The position numbers and the translations under genes are program-made. This document shows, piece after piece, positions 41,603 through 45,699 of a stretch of DNA of 45,699 nt. Below the pieces are notes generated by a model. It saw only the letters and a list, made by a program, of their open reading frames with translations, did no database searches and had not been told where the DNA came from. The DNA comes from a virus, in IMG/VR virus record IMGVR_UViG_3300031949_000070, positions 1 through 45,699 of that record. One strand, given 5' to 3'. The first letter of the stretch is position 1; the number at the start of each line of letters is the position of its first letter.

Positions 41603-41795
41603 AAAATATACCGGCGGGCAAGGCTGGTTGTTCTTGCCCTGTTAGCGGCGGTTGTATTGGCTGTGGTGATATATCAATTGTGTGGGCTGCGGCGGAGTGG
41701 CGGTCGGCGGCGCAGGGCTAGGGTCATCACCGAAAAGCGGATAACCTCGCCGCCTGCCCTGCTCAATCTTGAGTTAGCCAGAGGAGGCTATTATT

Positions 41796-42239
41796 ATGAA
41801 ATACGTACCAGCAGCAGAACCTTCAAGTCTTACCAGAGCTCAAACTTGGCAAGCGAAGCGCCAGGGACTAAAACTGTCAGCCAGGGCGGTGGCCGCCTGG
41901 GAAAGACTAGAAAGAGGGGAGACGATCGGATATTATAGCTTTTCCAAAGCTATAAAAGAAATCGAAGGGAAGCCCCAGGACATTGTGTCCAGGGGAGGGG
42001 GAAGAAACTTTTACTATATATCACTAAGCCGTAGCTGTAAAAAATTGATTTCAATTATAAGGGAACTTCAGCTGGAAGTTCCCCAAAGAGAAAATGCGAA
42101 AGAACTTCGCATAATGTGGGGCAAGGAACTCCAAAAATACTGGAGAAAGGAGCTGATGTATAAGGCCAGGTACTGGCACCTGGGGTGGGTAGAGTTACCT
42201 GCCGAAGGAAAAAACAGAAGTGAAGGCTGCAATAAATAA
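41796..42239 (+). CDS. Hypothetical protein, paralogue A2 (147 aa)
   Basis: Paralogue of 40036..40446 with a GAGGAGG RBS. Confidence 0.65.
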   Translation: MKYVPAAEPSSLTRAQTWQAKRQGLKLSARAVAAWERLERGETIGYYSFSKAIKEIEGKPQDIVSRGGGRNFYYISLSRSCKKLISIIRELQLEVPQRENAKELRIMWGKELQKYWRKELMYKARYWHLGWVELPAEGKNRSEGCNK

Positions 42240-42402
42240 ATAAATAAATTGATCAAAATTATAAGAGAGCTTCACAGCGAGCCTAAACAAAGCTCACCGG
42301 GGACGGGGTGCGAGGAGTCTGGTTTCGTTTTCGGCTCCGGTTCCGGGGATGGGGTGCGGATATTTTAATTTATTTGCGTTATGGTGATTGCAACAACTTA
42401 AC

Positions 42403-42421
42403 GCCCGCAAGGGCAAAGGAG
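42403..42421 (+). promoter_or_regulatory. Hairpin-SD junction element (AACTTAAC + GCCCGCAAGGGC + AAAGGAG), copy 4
   Basis: Followed by ATG 42428. Confidence 0.7.
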
Positions 42422-42427
42422 AAAAGC

Positions 42428-42643
42428 ATGTGGTACGCAGAACGTTTGATAAATGATGGAAGAGCAGATTTGACAGATAAAAAAGGGAAGGTCGATCAGC
42501 GAAAAGCTAATTTAATCCGAATCTTGGGCAATGCTCAGTTACATTTAGTCAAACCTTATCCAAGTGCTTGGGGATATTTTGATAATTATGTTAAAGCGTT
42601 AAGGTCTATACAACTGAACGAGTTCCCATCTGAGCGTGATTAA
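42428..42643 (+). CDS. Hypothetical small protein (71 aa)
   Basis: ATG positioned after the hairpin-SD element. The longer ORF-track form (42308) would read through repeat debris. Confidence 0.55.
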   Translation: MWYAERLINDGRADLTDKKGKVDQRKANLIRILGNAQLHLVKPYPSAWGYFDNYVKALRSIQLNEFPSERD

Positions 42644-42651
42644 ACCCAAAG

Positions 42652-42732
42652 TTGGCGGCCAGGGGAGGCCGCACTGAAGTTGTGACATTGCTGAAAAACC
42701 ATATTGCCAAAACCGGCAAGCAAATAACTTAA
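42652..42732 (+). pseudogene. Orphan 3' relic of an ankyrin-repeat gene
   Basis: Reads LAARGGRTEVVTLLKNHIAKTGKQIT then a stop. Nearly identical at the DNA level to the GCGGCCAGGGAAGGCCGCACTGAAGCCGTGGCATTGCT units of the intact gene at 8043. Confidence 0.75.
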
Positions 42733-42733
42733 C

Positions 42734-42745
42734 GCCCGTAAGGGC
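42734..42745 (+). promoter_or_regulatory. Hairpin GCCCGTAAGGGC, copy 5 (degenerate SD; GAGG further downstream)
   Basis: Preceded by ATAACTTAAC. ATG 42765 follows. Confidence 0.6.
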
Positions 42746-42764
42746 AAGAAATGAGGTCATTCGC

Positions 42765-42968
42765 ATGGGGAAAAACAAAAAAGGAAGGCCATCCGGGGTT
42801 GTTGAACCGGGGCGACAGGTGTCCGGCTGGATACCAGCCGATGACTATGAAATTTTAATGGCGATAACGAAGACCGAAGGGCGGTCTCTATCAAACCTGC
42901 TGGCAAAGATGGTGAGGGATAAGATTGCCAGCTACAAAAATGGGCGGGCGATGGATGAAAGGGGATAA
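42765..42968 (+). CDS. Ribbon-helix-helix (CopG/Arc-like) protein
   Basis: RQVSGWIPADDYEILMAITKTEGRSLSNLLAKMVRDKI fits a beta-strand plus two-helix RHH pattern. Confidence 0.6.
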   Translation: MGKNKKGRPSGVVEPGRQVSGWIPADDYEILMAITKTEGRSLSNLLAKMVRDKIASYKNGRAMDERG

Positions 42969-42970
42969 AA

Positions 42971-43120
42971 ATGTACGATGATTATGATGATTATTACGCT
43001 AGTGTAGACGCCAATGAACGTAAGGTTGAACGCCGCTGGCGGTGGGCACTGGCGATACTCATTACGGCAATTGTTACCGCAATTGTCTGGCAATTGTTTT
43101 TTATCTATGGGGGAAAATAA
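42971..43120 (+). CDS. Small single-TM protein (49 aa)
   Basis: Not in the ORF track. Sequence is MYDDYDDYYASVDANERKVERRWRWALAILITAIVTAIVWQLFFIYGGK. Its stop overlaps the next ATG. Confidence 0.5.
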   Translation: MYDDYDDYYASVDANERKVERRWRWALAILITAIVTAIVWQLFFIYGGK

Positions 43121-43452
43121 TGGAAATCGGGGACGTATTGTGGAAGTTGCGAAAGCGGTCGGGGCTGGCGCAAAGGAATATTGAAAAATCTTGCGGGCTG
43201 AAACGAGCACATCTGTCCAAGATAGAAACTAACGGACTTAAAAACCCGACTATCAAGACTGTGAGAAAAATTGTGGGGGCGCTTGGGCTGAAAATGTCGG
43301 ATGTGTTTCTGTTCTTGGAGCAAAACAAAATCTCGGAAGCCGTAGCCGAAAAGTTCCAGCGGCCCCCGGTTAACACGGAGACGCTCAGGGAAACAGAGAA
43401 GGCCATTGTATCCTTAGAGGCCACGCATAACGCTGGCAAATGTGTACGATAA
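43120..43452 (+). CDS. XRE-family HTH regulator (110 aa)
   Basis: Start taken at MEIGDVLWKLRKRSGLAQRNIEKSCGLKRAHLSKIETNGLKNPTIKTVRKI, a typical HTH_3 pattern. Confidence 0.7.
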   Translation: MEIGDVLWKLRKRSGLAQRNIEKSCGLKRAHLSKIETNGLKNPTIKTVRKIVGALGLKMSDVFLFLEQNKISEAVAEKFQRPPVNTETLRETEKAIVSLEATHNAGKCVR

Positions 43453-43459
43453 GCTGACA

Positions 43460-43534
43460 ATGGCGGCCAAGTATGGCCGCACTAAAGTCGTGGCATTGCT
43501 GAAAAACCATAATATTGCCAAAACTGGCAAATAA
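43460..43534 (+). pseudogene. Second orphan 3' relic of an ankyrin-repeat gene
   Basis: Reads MAAKYGRTKVVALLKNHNIAKTGK then a stop. It has the same tail and the same downstream ATAACTTAAC-hairpin junction as the relic at 42652. Confidence 0.7.
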
Positions 43535-43540
43535 CTTAAC

Positions 43541-43560
43541 GCCCGAAAGGGCAAAGGAGG
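43541..43560 (+). promoter_or_regulatory. Hairpin-SD junction element (GCCCGAAAGGGC + AAAGGAGG), copy 6
   Basis: Followed by ATG 43565. Confidence 0.7.
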
Positions 43561-43564
43561 AAAC

Positions 43565-43855
43565 ATGACGCTACTGGACAAACTCCGGGGCGATAAAAAG
43601 TTGGCGGTAGAAGGTGGCAAAACTGAAACGTTCTTTGCCCCGCCTCAGTTGAGAGCAGATAAGCGGGTCATGGCGGTTGGCAGGATTGACCCCCGCACTA
43701 AGCGAATTACCTTGTATGAGATATGCAGGCAGGAACCGCCCGTGGACATGGAAGAGTACGCACGGCGATTATTGGGGCAACCGTTGCCGGATAAAAAAGC
43801 CGGTAACGTCATCGGTACAGAGAATCAAAGTGCAAGGTTCCATACCAAACCATAA
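43565..43855 (+). CDS. Hypothetical protein (96 aa)
   Basis: ATG positioned after the hairpin-SD element. Confidence 0.55.
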   Translation: MTLLDKLRGDKKLAVEGGKTETFFAPPQLRADKRVMAVGRIDPRTKRITLYEICRQEPPVDMEEYARRLLGQPLPDKKAGNVIGTENQSARFHTKP

Positions 43856-43997
43856 ATGAGGCGACCCATCCAGAAAAAGCATTTGGCCTGACTTCTCAGA
43901 GCGCTTCCGCCGCTGATTGTGGCTAGGGAGCGCTCCCGAACGGCGGCCACCTCACCGCCTGCCACAAGGGGATAATCAAAATGAAAAGGAATAAAAA

Positions 43998-44126
43998 ATG
44001 TTAGACACTGTGCTTGTTAGCATTATTAAAATATGTGGAACTGTTTTTTGTTTTACCCTAACTATTTTTTTCGTCTGGGGATTATGGAAAACGTATTCGG
44101 ATATTACTAAAGGGAGGTGGAACTAA
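43998..44126 (+). CDS. Small hydrophobic protein (42 aa)
   Basis: Not in the ORF track. Sequence is MLDTVLVSIIKICGTVFCFTLTIFFVWGLWKTYSDITKGRWN. Confidence 0.4.
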   Translation: MLDTVLVSIIKICGTVFCFTLTIFFVWGLWKTYSDITKGRWN

Positions 44127-44127
44127 G

Positions 44128-44307
44128 ATGAAAAAAGCTGAACCAAAAAAAATGGAAACGCTATGCCGGGTAGGTAGCCGGTTCCCGCTCAGTCTGAAGC
44201 TGAGCATGGAGAAAATAGCTATAGCAGAGAACAGGTCTCTGTCTGCGCAAATAATAGAGGCGGCGCAAGAGCATATTGCCCGGCAGCGGGCGGCGGAGGT
44301 CAAGTAA
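44128..44307 (+). CDS. Ribbon-helix-helix protein (59 aa)
   Basis: Not in the ORF track. GGGAGG RBS. RFPLSLKLSMEKIAIAENRSLSAQIIEAAQEHIARQ fits the RHH pattern. Confidence 0.6.
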   Translation: MKKAEPKKMETLCRVGSRFPLSLKLSMEKIAIAENRSLSAQIIEAAQEHIARQRAAEVK

Positions 44308-44308
44308 T

Positions 44309-44596
44309 ATGCGAATATCTGATTTATCTGATTTACATGTAAGTGAGGCCACGGCTTACAATTTGCCCGTAAACCGAGATGACTACCACGGGGGCAGCAA
44401 AATTGTGTTTGATGCTGAGCTTAAGCCGCATAAGTTTTTCACCACCGCCGAGATGGCGTTGTTCGCAGAGGAGCTACTCCTGTCTCCGCTGCGGGCATTG
44501 CAGCAGGCGCAAAGCGTGTGCCGTTGCCCGGATTGCGGGCAGCCGATATTTGCCTGCAATTGCAGGGGCCGTGGGCGCAATCGAGAAGGAATTTAG
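44309..44596 (+). CDS. Hypothetical protein with a C-terminal zinc-ribbon-like CRCPDCG...CNC
   Basis: ATG 44309 lies 1 nt after the previous stop. The ORF-track start at 44276 overlaps the RHH gene. Confidence 0.5.
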   Translation: MRISDLSDLHVSEATAYNLPVNRDDYHGGSKIVFDAELKPHKFFTTAEMALFAEELLLSPLRALQQAQSVCRCPDCGQPIFACNCRGRGRNREGI

Positions 44597-44695
44597 CATG
44601 AAAAAGGCGCTGCCGGGTGAAGCCAGCAGCGTCAAGGTGAAACAAAACAATAATTAATAATATCCCCGGCGAGCGGGGAAGTCAAGAGGGATAGT

Positions 44696-45699
44696 ATGAG
44701 CGAAAAACAAGAAATTTTTGACGGGGAAATGCTGCCAGCAACGAGAGCAGATGAGGCTCAAGTTCCGGTCGCTACTGAGATGTACGTTGGGGCATTATCC
44801 CGGTTCAAACTGCACAAAAAGATGGTTCAAGAGGTTATTAATTACACCGAGGCGCACGACTGGTTTAATTACGGCAAGGTTGTCCGGTTGTCAGCCCCCC
44901 GGTCAGAGTCTATATATCGGATTTTGGGATTACAGGCATTCAACCTGAAGCGGGAGCGGCAAGAACTCCCCAACGGGTATTATCAGTATATGGTCACCGC
45001 AGATGTAGGATTCAGCGCAGGGCAGACCCTTAATGTCGTAGGTTTCTGCCGGGCGTCAAAGCCCTTGTTTGCAACGAAAAATAAAGAGTCCGTACCTGCT
45101 GATGATATTGACGAGGGAAATGTTATTAAAAATGCGGACTCAGATTTCATAGTAAACGCAGTTGGGCGATTCGCCGGAATTCGGGGACTTACTCCAGAAG
45201 ATATTGAACGCCTGTCAATCGGAAAAATAAAGGCGGCCAATATGCAGAAAGTAGACTTCGGGGGCCGGGCGGTAGAGCGCAGCGAAGAGGAAAGCGGCCA
45301 GGCCGAATCAACCTGGCAGCAGCTCCTTGAGATGAACGGTCAATCTGTGGAAAAGGCCAAGTCGCAGCTACAGAAACTCACCGCCTTTACGGGCAAGGAC
45401 GGCAAGCAGTTTACTGGGTATACCGACATTAAAAAGGTCAGCGCCGGGGTGCTTAAAAACCTGGTGGGCAAGGTGGCGAACCTACATAAAACCTGGCTAA
45501 AGGAATCCTGTGGCGGTAATCAGCAGCAAGGGGAAGCCCCGGAGATTACCCTTGAATCAGTATCCGCCGAAATGGGCAACCTTGACCTAGCGGGGCTGGC
45601 TGCCTACTGGAATGCAAAGAGCAAAAACCTCCAGGAGGTGTTCGGGGCGGATTTTCCCCTGATTGAGGCCGAAAAGAATCGCATCAAGGCCAACTTGCA
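44696..45699 (+). CDS. Recombination-module protein, possible single-strand annealing protein; 3' end lies across the circular junction
   Basis: ATG at 44696. It is absent from the ORF track because no stop is reached before the window ends. The frame is open to 45699 and continues through the repeat to TAA 150-152 (342 aa in total). Its stop overlaps the exonuclease start (ATGGCTAA). Function is inferred only from its position directly upstream of a PD-(D/E)XK exonuclease. Confidence 0.7.
   Translation, partial: MSEKQEIFDGEMLPATRADEAQVPVATEMYVGALSRFKLHKKMVQEVINYTEAHDWFNYGKVVRLSAPRSESIYRILGLQAFNLKRERQELPNGYYQYMVTADVGFSAGQTLNVVGFCRASKPLFATKNKESVPADDIDEGNVIKNADSDFIVNAVGRFAGIRGLTPEDIERLSIGKIKAANMQKVDFGGRAVERSEEESGQAESTWQQLLEMNGQSVEKAKSQLQKLTAFTGKDGKQFTGYTDIKKVSAGVLKNLVGKVANLHKTWLKESCGGNQQQGEAPEITLESVSAEMGNLDLAGLAAYWNAKSKNLQEVFGADFPLIEAEKNRIKANL
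45573..45699. repeat. 127-bp terminal direct repeat (right copy)
   Basis: Identical to 1-127 by direct comparison. Confidence 0.95.

Noticed and set aside
41657-41938. 93-aa + ORF rich in Arg and Gly.
   Set aside because: It translates GC-rich repeat debris (the GGGCTGCGGCGGAGTGGCGG region) and overlaps, out of frame, the well-supported paralogue A2 start at 41796.
42727-42745. Integron attC-like site (ACTTAAC fits the inverse-core RYYYAAC).
   Set aside because: No partner GTTRRRY core is found. The hairpin is only 4 bp with a tetraloop, far shorter than attC bottom-strand structures. No integron integrase is present.
1-45699. Searches by eye for a diversity-generating retroelement, retron, integrase/attP pair, toxin-antitoxin pair or true CRISPR-Cas genes.
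   Set aside because: No reverse-transcriptase, tyrosine or serine recombinase, or Cas-like motifs were seen in any ORF of 60 aa or more. The repeats in the fibre gene (23207..24556) are in-frame protein repeats without a template/variable-repeat arrangement.

Overview
The window is a complete, circularly closed dsDNA phage genome. Bases 1-127 recur exactly at 45573-45699, so the unique sequence is about 45,572 bp, and one gene (44696 -> 152) reads across the junction.

Architecture:
(i) A + strand early, accessory and recombination arm runs from ~38.8 kb through the junction to 9.85 kb. It carries RHH and XRE regulators and many small ORFs. It also carries a possible SSAP plus a PD-(D/E)XK exonuclease, a DUF1376-type replication protein, an RNA-ligase-like enzyme and a Gp37/Gp68-family protein. 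An ankyrin-repeat ORF here runs in frame into a RuvC-like resolvase.
(ii) A ~28-kb minus-strand late arm runs from 38.3 kb down to 9.85 kb. In order it encodes an HTH protein, an M15 endolysin, the large terminase, portal, scaffold, major capsid and head-completion genes. These are followed by LamG, fibre and tail proteins, two virion proteins over 1200 aa, and holin-like genes.

I could not recognise a tail tube, sheath or tape-measure set, a DNA polymerase or an integrase. The phage therefore looks podovirus-like and dependent on the host replisome.

Most notable observations:
1. The terminase Walker-A loop is split by an intein. The homing-endonuclease gene (HTH+HNH) sits on the opposite strand inside the intein reading frame, has its own promoter, and the intein frame stays open across the overlap.
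2. A radical-SAM (SPASM/twitch-like) enzyme is translationally coupled to a DUF115/Maf-like plus SAM-methyltransferase fusion, wedged between the capsid and head-completion genes.
3. The accessory arm is a mosaic built around a GCCC-GNAA-GGGC hairpin plus Shine-Dalgarno junction present in 7 copies. It also holds orphan ankyrin-gene 3' relics, a CRISPR-repeat-like 37-nt unit (2 copies plus 1 inverted degenerate copy), duplicated gene starts and ends, and paralogous cassettes.
4. A tRNA-like gene has an aberrant anticodon loop.

Functional calls rest on motifs read by eye. No database search was possible.
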